Position numbers and translations under genes: made by a program. A stretch of 64,000 bases of DNA from Candidatus Rokuibacteriota bacterium (GTDB taxonomy: Bacteria; Methylomirabilota; Methylomirabilia; Rokubacteriales; CSP1-6). A model generated the notes under the pieces. It saw only the letters and a list, made by a program, of their open reading frames with translations, was not told the origin of the DNA and did no database searches. Location of the stretch: assembly GCA_016866775.1 (NCBI GenBank), contig VGLJ01000008.1, positions 39,354-103,353 on the forward strand, written 5' to 3'. This document shows, piece after piece, positions 29,246 through 39,196 of this stretch; the stretch's first letter is position 1; each line of letters opens with the position of its first letter.

Positions 29246-30526
29246 ATGCGTCCGCGATTCTCCGGGCTCTGGCGGCAACCCGAGTTCCTGACGTTCTGGG
29301 CCGCGTCGGCGATCTCCGACGTCGGCACGCAGGTCTCGATGCTCGCGCTGCCCTTGATCGCCGCGCTCACGCTCGACGCGACGCCATGGCAGATGGGTCT
29401 GCTCGCCGCCGCCGGCACGGCGCCGACCCTGCTGGTCGGTCTCTTCGCCGGCGTGTGGGTCGATCGGCTCCGACGGCGTCCGGTCATGATCGCCGCGGAC
29501 ATCGGTCGCGCGGCGCTCCTCGCGACGATTCCGCTCGCCGCCGCGGCCTCCGTGTCGCGCATCGAGGTGCTCTACGCCGTCGCGCTGTCGATCGGCGCGC
29601 TCAACGTCCTGTTCGACGTGGCGTTCTACGCGTACATCCCGTCGCTCGTCTCTCGCGATCGCCTCGTCGAGGCGAACTCGAAGATCGAAACGACGTCGGC
29701 GCTCGCCCAGGTGACCGGACCGGGCGCGGGCGGCGCGCTCGTGGCCACGCTCGGCGGGCCCGTCGCGATGTTGATCGACGCGCTGTCGTTCCTGCTCTCG
29801 GCGGTCTTCACCCGGCGGATCCGCGTGAGCGAGCCGGCGCCACAGCGCGACGCGCGCGAGGGCGTGTTCGAGGAGATCCGTGAAGGCCTGTCCGTCGTCG
29901 CGCGCCATCCGATCCTGCGCGTGCTCGGCGGCTGCTCGGCGACGAGGGGCCTCTTCGGGCGCATGTTCCTCGCGGTCTACATCCTCTTCATGACGCGCGA
30001 TCTCGGGCTCGGCGCCGTCGGCGTCGGTCTCGTGCTCGCGACCGGCGGAGTCGGCTCGCTGGCCGGCGCGCTCGTGGCCGAGCGGGCCGCGCGACGGTTC
30101 GGACCCGGTCCGACGATGATCGGCGCGCAGCTCCTGTTCGGTGTGACCGGACTCGCCGTACCGCTCGCGGTGCTCGTGCCGCGCTTCGCGCTCGAGCTCG
30201 TCGTGGCGTCGGAGTTCGCGCAGTGGATGACGCTGCTCGTCTACTCCATCAACGCCGTCAGCGCGCGACAGGCGCTCACGCCCGACCGGCTGCTCGGACG
30301 CGTGAATGCCACGATGCGGTTCGCCGCGGGCGGCGCGCTCCCGATCGGCTCGCTGCTCGGCGGCGCCGTCGGCGGGATGATCGGGCTGCCGCTCACGCTC
30401 GTCGTCGCGGAGCTCGGCATGCTGCTCGCGTCGCTGCGGCTGCTGCTGTCGCCGGTGCGGAGACTTCGGACGCTCGACGCCACGGGGAGAGCGGCGCCCG
30501 CGCCGGCGCTCGGCCGACACTTCTAA
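29246..30526 (+). CDS. MFS transporter (MFS_3/EntS-like)
   Basis: FLTFWAA..IS..G, GVWVDRLRRRPVMI, EIREGL, RQ..TPDRLLGRV. Confidence 0.88.
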   Translation: MRPRFSGLWRQPEFLTFWAASAISDVGTQVSMLALPLIAALTLDATPWQMGLLAAAGTAPTLLVGLFAGVWVDRLRRRPVMIAADIGRAALLATIPLAAAASVSRIEVLYAVALSIGALNVLFDVAFYAYIPSLVSRDRLVEANSKIETTSALAQVTGPGAGGALVATLGGPVAMLIDALSFLLSAVFTRRIRVSEPAPQRDAREGVFEEIREGLSVVARHPILRVLGGCSATRGLFGRMFLAVYILFMTRDLGLGAVGVGLVLATGGVGSLAGALVAERAARRFGPGPTMIGAQLLFGVTGLAVPLAVLVPRFALELVVASEFAQWMTLLVYSINAVSARQALTPDRLLGRVNATMRFAAGGALPIGSLLGGAVGGMIGLPLTLVVAELGMLLASLRLLLSPVRRLRTLDATGRAAPAPALGRHF

Positions 30527-30749
30527 AGCCATATCAGGCAAAGGGAGTTCTAGTTTCCGGTCGGGATGACAAGTCGGTCGCAGAGAAGGAGCCGATTGGC
30601 AAGGCTTGCCTTGAGTATCTTCGAGGCGTAGATCGCATCGGAGACGATGACTGGGTCTCCGAAGTTCGGCCAGATCGAGAGATCTGTGCAAAGAAGAACG
30701 TTCTCTGGCTGTGACATGAACGAGTTTTGCCGGCGCAATCCTAGTCCGC

Positions 30750-30820
30750 GGGGGAGGCAGAGAGGAGCGCGCCGTCAGGCGCGCGACGACCGCCGGAAGG
30801 GGGACGCAGTCCCCCTCCGG
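30750..30820. repeat. Double-hairpin element downstream of typA (terminator- or REP-like)
   Basis: gcgcgcc-gtca-ggcgcgc and ccggaagggggac-gca-gtccccctccgg (30793-30820). Confidence 0.6.
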
Positions 30821-30821
30821 G

Positions 30822-32621
30822 TCAGAACCGGCGGCGGCCGCCCATCGCGCGCTTGCGCAGGCGGAGCGACTTCGGCGTGACCTCGAGCAGCTCGTCCTCG
30901 CGGATCCACTCGAGGCACTGCTCGAGGTTGAAGATGCGCGGCGGTGTCAGCCGGATGCTCTCGTCGGCCGACGACGCGCGCATGTTGGTGAGCTTCTTTT
31001 CCTTCGTGATGTTCACGTCGAGGTCGTTGTCCCGCGAGTTCTCGCCGACGATCTGGCCCTCGTACACCTGCTCGCCCGGGGCGATGAACATCACGCCCCG
31101 CGCCTGGAGGTTGTCGATGGCGTAGCCGGTCGTGCGGCCGGCGCGGTCGGCGACGAGCGCGCCGCTCTGGCGGTGCGGAATGTCTCCCTGCCACTCGTCC
31201 CAGCCGTCGAAGATGTGGTTCAGCAGCCCGGTGCCGCGCGTGTCGGTCAGGAACTCCGTGCGATAGCCGATGAGGCCGCGCGACGGGAGGCGGTACTCGA
31301 GCCGGACGCGGCCGGTGCCGTGATTCACCATCTTCGTCATCGTGCCCTTGCGCGGCGCGACCTTCTGGGTGATCGCCCCGATGAACTCCTCGGGGATGTC
31401 GATGACGAGGTGCTCCATCGGCTCCATCGTTGTGCCGTCTTCCTGGTGCGTGATGATCTCCGGCTTGCCGACCTCGACCTCGAAGCCCTCGCGCCGCATG
31501 ATCTCGATGAGGATCGCGAGCTGCAGCTCGCCACGACCGGAGACGCGGAACGTGTCGGGCGAGTCCGTCTCCTCCACGCGGATGCCGGGGTTGAGCTTCT
31601 TCTCCTTCATCAGGCGCTCGCGCAGCTGCGGGGACGTGACGTACTTGCCTTCCTTGCCCGCGAACGGCGAGACGTTGGCGGAGAAGAGCATCGACACCGT
31701 CGGCTCGTCGATGCGGATGAGCGGCAGCGCCACCGGGCTCTCGAGCGCGGCGACCGTCTCGCCGATGTCGATGTTCTCGATGCCGGCGATCGCCACGATC
31801 TCGCCCGCGCGCGCCTCCTGGATCTCGATGCGCTTCAGGCCCTCGTAGCCGTAGAGCACCGTGACCTTCGCCTGCTCCGTGGAGCCGTCGCGGTGGACCA
31901 CCGAGATCCGCTCCGCCTGCTTCACCGTGCCGTTGACGATGCGCCCGATGACGAGCCGCCCGACGTAGTCGTCCCAGTCGAGCATCGTCACGCGGAACTG
32001 GAGGCCGACCGCGTCGTCGAAGCGCGGCGGCGGGACGGTCTTGAGGATCGTCTCGAACAGCGGCTCGAGGGTCGTGCCCTGGATCTTGAGGTCGGTCGTC
32101 GCCGTCCCCGTCCGCGCGTTGGTGTAGAGCACGGGGAACTCGAGCTGATCCTCGGAGGCGTCGAGATCGATGAAGAGGTCGTACACCTCGTCGAGCACTT
32201 CCGCCGGTCGCGCGTCGCCGCGGTCGATCTTGTTGATGACGACGATCGGCGGCAGCCCGGCCTCGAGCGCCTTCTTCAGCACGAACCGCGTCTGCGGCAG
32301 CGGCCCCTCGGCGGCGTCGACCAGCAGCAGGACGCCGTCGACCAGCGTGAGCGTGCGCTCGACCTCGGAGCCGAAGTCGGCGTGGCCCGGGGTGTCGACG
32401 ATGTTGATGTGGACGTCACGGTAGTTCACGGCCGTGTTCTTGGCCATGATCGTGATGCCCTTCTCGCGCTCGAGGTCCATCGAGTCCATGATCCGTTCGG
32501 CGACGGCCTGGTTCTCGCGGAAGAGCCCCGACTGCCACAGCATCGCGTCGACGAGGGTGGTCTTGCCGTGGTCGACGTGAGCGATGATGGCGATGTTGCG
32601 GATCGATTCGCGCTGCTGCAT
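30822..32621 (-). CDS. typA: Translational GTPase TypA/BipA
   Basis: [69 protein letters not shown]. Confidence 0.97.
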   Translation of the reverse strand: MQQRESIRNIAIIAHVDHGKTTLVDAMLWQSGLFRENQAVAERIMDSMDLEREKGITIMAKNTAVNYRDVHINIVDTPGHADFGSEVERTLTLVDGVLLLVDAAEGPLPQTRFVLKKALEAGLPPIVVINKIDRGDARPAEVLDEVYDLFIDLDASEDQLEFPVLYTNARTGTATTDLKIQGTTLEPLFETILKTVPPPRFDDAVGLQFRVTMLDWDDYVGRLVIGRIVNGTVKQAERISVVHRDGSTEQAKVTVLYGYEGLKRIEIQEARAGEIVAIAGIENIDIGETVAALESPVALPLIRIDEPTVSMLFSANVSPFAGKEGKYVTSPQLRERLMKEKKLNPGIRVEETDSPDTFRVSGRGELQLAILIEIMRREGFEVEVGKPEIITHQEDGTTMEPMEHLVIDIPEEFIGAITQKVAPRKGTMTKMVNHGTGRVRLEYRLPSRGLIGYRTEFLTDTRGTGLLNHIFDGWDEWQGDIPHRQSGALVADRAGRTTGYAIDNLQARGVMFIAPGEQVYEGQIVGENSRDNDLDVNITKEKKLTNMRASSADESIRLTPPRIFNLEQCLEWIREDELLEVTPKSLRLRKRAMGGRRRF

Positions 32622-32661
32622 CGAGCCACTGTACCACGCGAACTGTATTGTTTCCGCGGCA

Positions 32662-32690
32662 TTGACGCCCATTCGGGCAGTTCCTACACT
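32662..32690 (+). promoter_or_regulatory. Sigma70-type promoter, probably leaderless, for the aspartic protease gene
   Basis: TTGACG-17nt-TACACT, 6 nt before ATG 32697, no SD. Confidence 0.65.
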
Positions 32691-32696
32691 CGCGGC

Positions 32697-33083
32697 ATGG
32701 GCCACTTCTACGTGCGCGGTACCCTCACAGGGCCGACGGGCGTCAGCGAGTCCCTGGATCTTTTCGTCGATACCGGCTCGACCCTGATCGTGCTCCCAAC
32801 CCACGTCGCCGAACGTCTCCAGCTCCGTCCGGCCGAGCTCTGCACGGTCGAGCTGGCCGACGGCAGCGAGGCGTCATGGCCGCTCGCCGACATTCGCGTC
32901 GCGCTGGAGGGGCGAGAGGCGCCGACGCTGTGTCTCATCGCGGATCACGGCGAGCCGCTTCTCGGCGTGGTGGCGTTGGAAAGTCTGCGTCTCGGCGTCG
33001 ATCCCGTTCGGCGCCGCCTGGCTCCGACGCGTGCGTTCGCGAAGCCGACCCTGCAGAGTCAGCTCGCGCCGGCGCCCGCGTAA
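32697..33083 (+). CDS. Clan AA (retropepsin-like) aspartic protease
   Basis: FVDTGST catalytic motif, [20 protein letters not shown]. Confidence 0.87.
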   Translation: MGHFYVRGTLTGPTGVSESLDLFVDTGSTLIVLPTHVAERLQLRPAELCTVELADGSEASWPLADIRVALEGREAPTLCLIADHGEPLLGVVALESLRLGVDPVRRRLAPTRAFAKPTLQSQLAPAPA

Positions 33084-33091
33084 TTCAGGCG

Positions 33092-33430
33092 ATGGGCAAC
33101 TTTCACGTGGTCGCGGACCTGACCGGGCCGACAGGCGTCACCGAAAGCTCGGTGCCCGCCTCTGTCGCGGAACGGCTGGAGCTCAGGCCCACTCGCATCG
33201 TTTCGATACGCATCGCCGGAGGACCGAGAGAACGGTGGCCACTCGCGTCCGTCCGACTGTCGCTCGGCGACAACGAGGTCGTGACACCGTGCCTCATCGT
33301 GCCCGCCGGCGCCGCGCTCCTCGGCGCCGTCGCGCTGGAGTCGCTGCTGCTCGCCGTCGATCCCCTCGCGAAACGGCTCGTACCGACCGACGGCTATACC
33401 ATGGGCGCCCCGCGCAGCGTCGTATACTGA
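33092..33430 (+). pseudogene. Retropepsin-like paralog lacking the DTG catalytic segment
   Basis: Aligns to the upstream gene (MG.F.V...LTGPTGV.ES ... LLG.VALESL.L.VDP), but the roughly 13 aa [13 protein letters not shown] segment is absent in frame. Confidence 0.65.
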
Positions 33431-33458
33431 CGGCCACTCACCCCGCCGGAGGTTCCTG

Positions 33459-33983
33459 ATGCGATTCGCATTCATCGTGCTGCTCGCCGTCCTCGCTCCG
33501 TGCGCCGTCGCCGACGCGCAGGGGGGCAAGGCACCCACGCTCGTCATGACCATGGAGAAGGGCGGCCAGGTCACCATCGAGCTCTGGCCCGACGTCGCGC
33601 CGAACCACGTGAAGAACTTCGTCGACCTGTCGAAGCAAGGCTTCTACGACGGCCAGCGCGTGCATCGCGTCGAGCCGAAGTTCGTCGTGCAGTTCGGAGA
33701 CCCCGCCTCGAAGACCAAGCCCATGGACGATCCCGCGATGGGCAGCGGCGGATCCGGCAAGACGCTCAAGGCCGAGTTCAACAAGAAGCCGTTCGACCGC
33801 GGCGTGCTCGGCATGGCGCGCACGAACGATCCCGATTCGGCGTCGAGCCAGGTCTACCTGATGCTCGGCGACGCGCACTTCCTCAACGGCCAGTACACGG
33901 CGTTCGGCAAGGTGACGAAGGGCATGGAGGTCGTCGACAAGATCAAGGTCGGCGACCGCATCAAATCCATCACGGCGCAGTAG
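33459..33983 (+). CDS. Cyclophilin-type peptidyl-prolyl isomerase (exported)
   Basis: Signal peptide, APNHVKNF, HRV..FVVQFGDP, MART..DSASSQ, YTAFGKV. Confidence 0.92.
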   Translation: MRFAFIVLLAVLAPCAVADAQGGKAPTLVMTMEKGGQVTIELWPDVAPNHVKNFVDLSKQGFYDGQRVHRVEPKFVVQFGDPASKTKPMDDPAMGSGGSGKTLKAEFNKKPFDRGVLGMARTNDPDSASSQVYLMLGDAHFLNGQYTAFGKVTKGMEVVDKIKVGDRIKSITAQ

Positions 33984-33995
33984 AGGACTCCCACC

Positions 33996-34430
33996 ATGGC
34001 GCAGACGGCCCGCATCACGCTCGACAACGGCAGCGCGATCGACATCGAGTTCTATCCGAAGGACGCGGCGAAGACCGTCGACAACTTCGTGAAGCTCGCG
34101 AAGCAGGGGTTCTACAACGGACTGACATTCCACCGCGTCGTCCCCAACTTCGTCGCGCAGGGCGGATGTCCGAAGGGCGACGGCACCGGGGGGCCGGGCT
34201 GGACGGTCCCCGCGGAGTTCAACGCGCGCCCGCACGTGCGCGGCACCGTCGCGATGGCGCGCAGCCAGCACCCGGATTCGGCCGGCAGCCAGTTCTACAT
34301 CTGCTACGGCCCCACGCCGCACCTCGACCGCAACTACACGGTGTTCGGCCGGGTCACGAGCGGGATGGAGCACGTCGACACGATCAAGCAGGGCGACAAG
34401 ATGCAGACGGTCGAGATCCAGGAAAGCTGA
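33996..34430 (+). CDS. Cyclophilin-type peptidyl-prolyl isomerase (cytoplasmic)
   Basis: FYNGLTFHRVVPNFVAQGG, MARS..DSAGSQFYI, HLDRNYTVFG. Confidence 0.93.
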   Translation: MAQTARITLDNGSAIDIEFYPKDAAKTVDNFVKLAKQGFYNGLTFHRVVPNFVAQGGCPKGDGTGGPGWTVPAEFNARPHVRGTVAMARSQHPDSAGSQFYICYGPTPHLDRNYTVFGRVTSGMEHVDTIKQGDKMQTVEIQES

Positions 34431-34434
34431 GCCC

Positions 34435-36048
34435 ATGGCCTGGACGCTCCTCATCAAGAACGGCTCGGTGATCGACGGCACGGGCGCGGCGGCACGTCCG
34501 GCCGACGTGGCGCTCGACGGCGATCGCATCGCGGCGGTCGGTCCGGGCCTGCGCGGCGAGGCGGCGCGCACGCTCGACGCCGCGGGGCACGTCGTCGCGC
34601 CGGGCTTCATCGACGCGCATTCGCACTCCGACCTCTTCTACTTCGCGTGCCCGTCGGCGGAGTCGAAGGTGCGCCAGGGTGTGACGACGGAAGTCGTCGG
34701 CATGTGCTCGTTCTCCCAGGCGCCCGTCCGGCCCGGCGAGGAGCAGACCGTTCGCGGATGGGCCGGCGGCATCGTAGGCTCCGACATCTACCTGGATCTC
34801 CGCTGGCAGACGTTCGGGCAGTACCTCGACGCGCTCGCGTCGGTGCGGCCCGCGGTGAACATCGCGCACCTCGCCGGCCACGGCGCGCTGCGCATCGCCG
34901 CGATGGGGTTCGAGAACCGTCCCGCCGGCGCCGACGACATCAAGGAGATGGACCGCCTGCTCGGCGAAGCCATGGATGCCGGCGCGTTCGGCTTCTCGAC
35001 CGGCCTCGTCTACGCGCCCAGCGCGTACGCGAACACCGAGGAGCTGATCGCGCTGGCGAAGGCGATGCGCGCGCGCAACGGGCTTTACTTCTCGCACATC
35101 CGCGGCGAGTCCTCGATGCTGCTCGACTCGATCGCGGAAGCGATCCGCATCGGCGAAGAGGGCGGCGTCGGCGTCCAGGTCTCGCACGTGAAGGCCTCGG
35201 GCAAGGAGAACTGGCCGAAGATCGACGCCGCGCTGCGCATGATCGAGGACGGCAAGGCGCGCGGCGTCGACGTGCTCGGCGACGTCTACCCATACAACGC
35301 CGGCAGCACGAAGCTCGACAACCTCATGCCGGCGTGGGCGCAGGCCGGCGGCATCGACAAGCTCTTGGAGCGCCTCGCCGACCGCGCCGCGCGGCGCAAG
35401 ATCGCCGAGGAGTGTCTGATCGACGGCGAGCGCTGGGGCACGGTCTCGCAGGGCGGGATCGGCTTCGACCAGATCTTCATCTCGATGTGCAAGCGGCGCG
35501 AGCTCGAGGGCCTCAACCTCGCGCAGATCGCGCGGCAATCGGGCATCGCGCCGGTCGACACGCTCTTCAACCTGCTCCTCGAGCAGAAGTGCACGGTCGG
35601 CATGGTGAGCTTCTCCCAGAGCATCGAGAACGTGGCGAAGGTCATCGCGCATCCGTCGCTGATGATCGGCTCGGACTCGATCCCGCTGTTCGAGGGTGAC
35701 GCGGACAAGCCCGGCAAGCCGCATCCGCGCACGTACGGCACGTTCCCGCGCGTGCTCGGAGAGTACGCGCGCGATCGCGGGCTGATCTCGATGGAGACGG
35801 CCGTCCACAAGATGACGGGGATGGCCGCGCAGCGGCTTCGCCTGAAGGACCGCGGTGTGCTGCGCGAAGGCCTCGCCGCCGACGTCACGATCTTCGATCC
35901 GACGACCGTCAAGGACGAGGCGACGTTCCCCGACCCGCACCGCTATCCCGCCGGCATCCCGTACGTGATCGTCAACGGTGCGGTCGTCGTCGATGCCGGC
36001 CGGATGACCGCCGAGCGCGCCGGGCGAATTCTCCGGCGCCCCACGTAG
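34435..36048 (+). CDS. N-acyl-D-amino-acid deacylase (D-aminoacylase)
   Basis: VIDGTG, APGFIDAHSHSD, QGVTT, GFSTGL.YAP, SHIR, SHVK, HPRTYGTFPR. Confidence 0.92.
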   Translation: MAWTLLIKNGSVIDGTGAAARPADVALDGDRIAAVGPGLRGEAARTLDAAGHVVAPGFIDAHSHSDLFYFACPSAESKVRQGVTTEVVGMCSFSQAPVRPGEEQTVRGWAGGIVGSDIYLDLRWQTFGQYLDALASVRPAVNIAHLAGHGALRIAAMGFENRPAGADDIKEMDRLLGEAMDAGAFGFSTGLVYAPSAYANTEELIALAKAMRARNGLYFSHIRGESSMLLDSIAEAIRIGEEGGVGVQVSHVKASGKENWPKIDAALRMIEDGKARGVDVLGDVYPYNAGSTKLDNLMPAWAQAGGIDKLLERLADRAARRKIAEECLIDGERWGTVSQGGIGFDQIFISMCKRRELEGLNLAQIARQSGIAPVDTLFNLLLEQKCTVGMVSFSQSIENVAKVIAHPSLMIGSDSIPLFEGDADKPGKPHPRTYGTFPRVLGEYARDRGLISMETAVHKMTGMAAQRLRLKDRGVLREGLAADVTIFDPTTVKDEATFPDPHRYPAGIPYVIVNGAVVVDAGRMTAERAGRILRRPT

Positions 36049-36057
36049 GAGTCGCTG

Positions 36058-36870
36058 ATGCCCACCGTGAGGCTGCGAAAGGCGTCCGAGTACCCGGAGT
36101 CAGCGCAGAAGCTCTTCGCGCTGTCCAAGCAGTGGTTCAACCACGACTTCGTCGAGCCGCCGGCGATGAGCCGCGTGATGGCGTGGGATCCGGCGTTCGG
36201 CGGTCCGCACGGCCGCGCGATGAAGCGCGCGATGGCGCCGGGCGAGTTCACCCGCGCCGAGAAGGAGATGGTCGCCGCGGTCGTCAGCGGCGTGAACGCC
36301 TGCGAGTACTGAGTCAAGGCGCACACTGCAGCCGGGAAGCTGCAGGGGATGACGGGCGACGCGGCGTGGTACGAGGCCGCGATGGTCGTCGGGATCACGA
36401 ACGCGCTGAACGTCGTTGCCGACGGTCTCACCGAAGCGCGCGCGCTCGGCGCCGGCCTTCCCGATCCGGACGAGGCGCGCGCACCTGCCGGAGCGGCGGC
36501 GGTGTTCGCCGAGATCCGCGCGTTCTACGCGCGCACCGACGTCCCCGTCGCGTTCGGGCTCCTGGCCACCGACCCCGGCTATCTCGCCGACGTGTGGGGC
36601 GCCACGCAGCGCGCGTTCTCCGACAACCGCCTCACGCGCCGGCTGAAAGAGGCGCTGGCGTTCGCGGTGTCGCTCACCACGCGCTCCGGCTTCGGCACCG
36701 CGTTCCACCTCGGCGAGATGCGCCGTCTCGGCGTCGGCGACCGCGGGGTGATGGAAGTCCTCGGCGTGACGCAGATGTTCTCGAGCTACACGAAGATCGC
36801 GGACACGCTCCAGCTCGAGCCGGACATGGGCGACATCGCCCCGGTCGACGGCTCGCCTGCTCCCGGCTAA
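36058..36870 (+). CDS. AhpD/carboxymuconolactone decarboxylase-like two-domain protein, probable selenoprotein (Sec at TGA 36310-36312)
   Basis: ORFs 36058-36312 and 36349-36870 are in the same frame. Readthrough gives KEMVAAVVSGVNACEY-U-VKAH, which is the AhpD CxxCxxxH motif. A SECIS-like hairpin follows. Confidence 0.82.
36313..36345 (+). promoter_or_regulatory. Candidate bacterial SECIS element
   Basis: Stem ctgcagc/gctgcag (36326-36345) with loop cgggaa. The loop begins 20 nt after the UGA and has G at its second position. Confidence 0.65.
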
Positions 36871-37579
36871 GGCGCGGCGTCCCGGTCCGCCAGCACCCCA
36901 CAGCGCGGGTGGCGCGGGAGCACCGACGCCGGGACGTCGGGCGTGATCGGCCCGTGCAGCATCGCGCGGAGCGCCGCGCGCTTCGTCGCGCCGCTCGCCA
37001 GCACGAGCACTTCGCGCGCCGAGAGGATCGTCTGGATGCCGAGGCTCACCGCGCGTGCGCAGACATCGCCCTGGATGACCTCGTCGGTGAGGATGTAGTC
37101 GACCGTCGACGACAAGAGCTCGACCGGGCACGTCGACGTCGCGAAGTCCGCGGGCGGCTCGTGCGAGGCGATGTGAGCGTTCGGCCCGAGGCCGAGCATC
37201 ACGAGATCGAGCCCGCCCGCCTCGGTGATCGCGCGCTCGTAGTCCTTGCACATCGCGGGGAGATCGGCGGCGTCGACCGCGAACGGGCGACAGCGCGCCG
37301 GCTGGACGCCGGCCCAGCTCGCGAACTCCTTCGTGATCTGACGCCAGAAGTAGCCGTCGGACGGCGCGGGAGGGCAGAGCTCGTCGACGCAGAAGACGCG
37401 CATGCGCGTGAAGTCGACGGGCGCCGACGTCTGCTGCGCCCGCATCAGCGCGTACATCCGGCGCGGGGTCCGGCGGGCACCGCCATCGCAAGCTCGGGCG
37501 TCGCGGCCACCCGGGCGCGGAAGAGCTCGGCCGCCGCCGCGGCGAGCGCGTCCGCATCCGCGTAGACGAGAAGCTTCAT
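36867..37579 (-). pseudogene. nagB: Glucosamine-6-phosphate deaminase-like gene, frameshifted near 37470
   Basis: N-terminus MKLLVYADADALAAAAAELF...AVPAG in one frame. RTPRRMY..VDE..LGLGPNAHIASHEP..PASVL in another frame. Confidence 0.75.
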
Positions 37580-37625
37580 GCGCCGGCGCCCTCCCGCGAG
37601 GTGCCCAGCATACGCCGGCCTTGAT

Positions 37626-37643
37626 TATGCTTTTCCGAGCATA
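37626..37643. promoter_or_regulatory. ModE-like operator palindrome upstream of tupA
   Basis: TATGCT-N6-AGCATA, abutting a TAGAGT -10-like box and lying 13 nt before the tupA ATG. Confidence 0.55.
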
Positions 37644-37656
37644 TAGAGTCTGCGGC

Positions 37657-38505
37657 ATGCTCACGGTCGTCCGCCGCCTCGCGCTTGCCGGGCTCGCCGT
37701 GTTGGTGGTCGCCACGCTGCCTTCGCGGGCGCAGACACCCGGCCGGACCGTCATCCTCTCCACGACCACGAGCACGCAGGATGCGGGGCTCCTCGACGTG
37801 CTGGTGCCGATCTTCGAGCGCCGGAGCGGCTACACCGTGAAGACGATCTCGGTCGGCACCGGCCAGGCCCTCGCGCTCGCGGCGCGCGGCGAGGCCGACG
37901 TCACGCTCGCCCACGCCCCCGCGCTCGAGCGCAAGCACGTCGAGGACGGCAAGACGCGGAATCGCCGCCTCGTCATGTGCAACGACTTCGTCATCGTCGG
38001 CCCCGAGGCCGATCCCGCGGGCCTCAAGGGCGAGAAGAGCGCCGTGGCCGCGCTCAAGAGGATCGCCGAGAAGGGCGCGCGCTTCGTCTCGCGCGGTGAC
38101 AAATCAGGCACGCACACGCTCGAGCTCGCGCTGTGGAAGCAGGCGGGCCTGACGCCGGCGGCGCCCTGGTACATCGAATCCGGCCAGGGGATGGGCGCGA
38201 CGCTCGGCATCGCCGACGATCGCGGCGCGTACACGATCACGGACCGCGCGACGGCGCTCGCGTTCGCGAGGCGCGTCAAGCTCAGGGCGATGGTCGAGGG
38301 CGACAAGCCGCTCCTCAACATCTATTCCGTGATGGAGGTCAACCCCGCGAACGGACCGCGGGTGAACGCGGCGGGCGGCAAGGCGTTCGCCGACTTCATG
38401 CTCGCGCCCGAGACCCAGGCCGTCATCAGGACGTTCGGCGTCGACAAGTACGGCCAGGCGCTGTTCGTGCCGATCGGCGGCAAGACCGACGAGGACGTCA
38501 AGTAG
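37657..38505 (+). CDS. tupA: Tungstate ABC transporter substrate-binding protein
   Basis: STTTSTQDAGLL, VGTGQAL, HAP, NDF.IVGP, FVSRGDKSGTH, GQGMG, DRAT. Confidence 0.93.
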   Translation: MLTVVRRLALAGLAVLVVATLPSRAQTPGRTVILSTTTSTQDAGLLDVLVPIFERRSGYTVKTISVGTGQALALAARGEADVTLAHAPALERKHVEDGKTRNRRLVMCNDFVIVGPEADPAGLKGEKSAVAALKRIAEKGARFVSRGDKSGTHTLELALWKQAGLTPAAPWYIESGQGMGATLGIADDRGAYTITDRATALAFARRVKLRAMVEGDKPLLNIYSVMEVNPANGPRVNAAGGKAFADFMLAPETQAVIRTFGVDKYGQALFVPIGGKTDEDVK

Positions 38506-38506
38506 C

Positions 38507-39196
38507 GTGGACGTCCTCGTCGGCGGCGTCGTCGAGGCGCTCCGGCTTCTCGTCACGGGCGACGCCGAGGTGTGGGCGATCCTCCGTCTCTCGCTGCTGG
38601 TTTCGGCGTCCGGCACCGCGATCGCGCTGCTGCTCGCGATTCCCGCGGGCGCGGCGCTCGCGCTCACGCGGTTCCGCGGCCGTCAGCTCCTCGTCAGCCT
38701 CGTCAACACCGGCATGGGATTGCCGCCCGTGGTCGTGGGCCTCTTCGTCACGATCCTGCTCTGGCGCAGCGGACCGTTCGGCGCGTGGGAGATCCTCTAC
38801 ACGCCGGCCGCCATCGTCATCGCGCAGGCGGTGATCGCGGCGCCGATCGTCACGGGCATCACGCTCGCGGCCGTGCAGTCGGTGCCGTCGGCATTTCGTC
38901 TCCAGCTCCTCGGCCTCGGCGCCTCCCGGCTGCAGATGACGTGGATGGTGCTGCGCGAGGCGCGCCTGCCGATGCTGGCGGCGGTCATGGCGGGGTTCGG
39001 CGGCGTCATCTCGGAGATCGGCGCGTCGATGATGGTCGGCGGCAACATCAAGGGCTCGACGCGCACGCTCACGACGGCGATGGTGCTGGAGACGGGCAAG
39101 GGCAACTTCGACATCGCGATCGCGCTGTCGATCCTGCTCCTCACGCTGGTCTTCCTCGTGAACTGGGCGCTCACCGCCGTCCAGCAGCGCGGATAA
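38507..39196 (+). CDS. tupB: Tungstate ABC transporter permease
   Basis: MGLPPVVVGL, RSGPFG, ISEIGASMMVGGNI..TRTLTTA. Confidence 0.92.
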   Translation: MDVLVGGVVEALRLLVTGDAEVWAILRLSLLVSASGTAIALLLAIPAGAALALTRFRGRQLLVSLVNTGMGLPPVVVGLFVTILLWRSGPFGAWEILYTPAAIVIAQAVIAAPIVTGITLAAVQSVPSAFRLQLLGLGASRLQMTWMVLREARLPMLAAVMAGFGGVISEIGASMMVGGNIKGSTRTLTTAMVLETGKGNFDIAIALSILLLTLVFLVNWALTAVQQRG

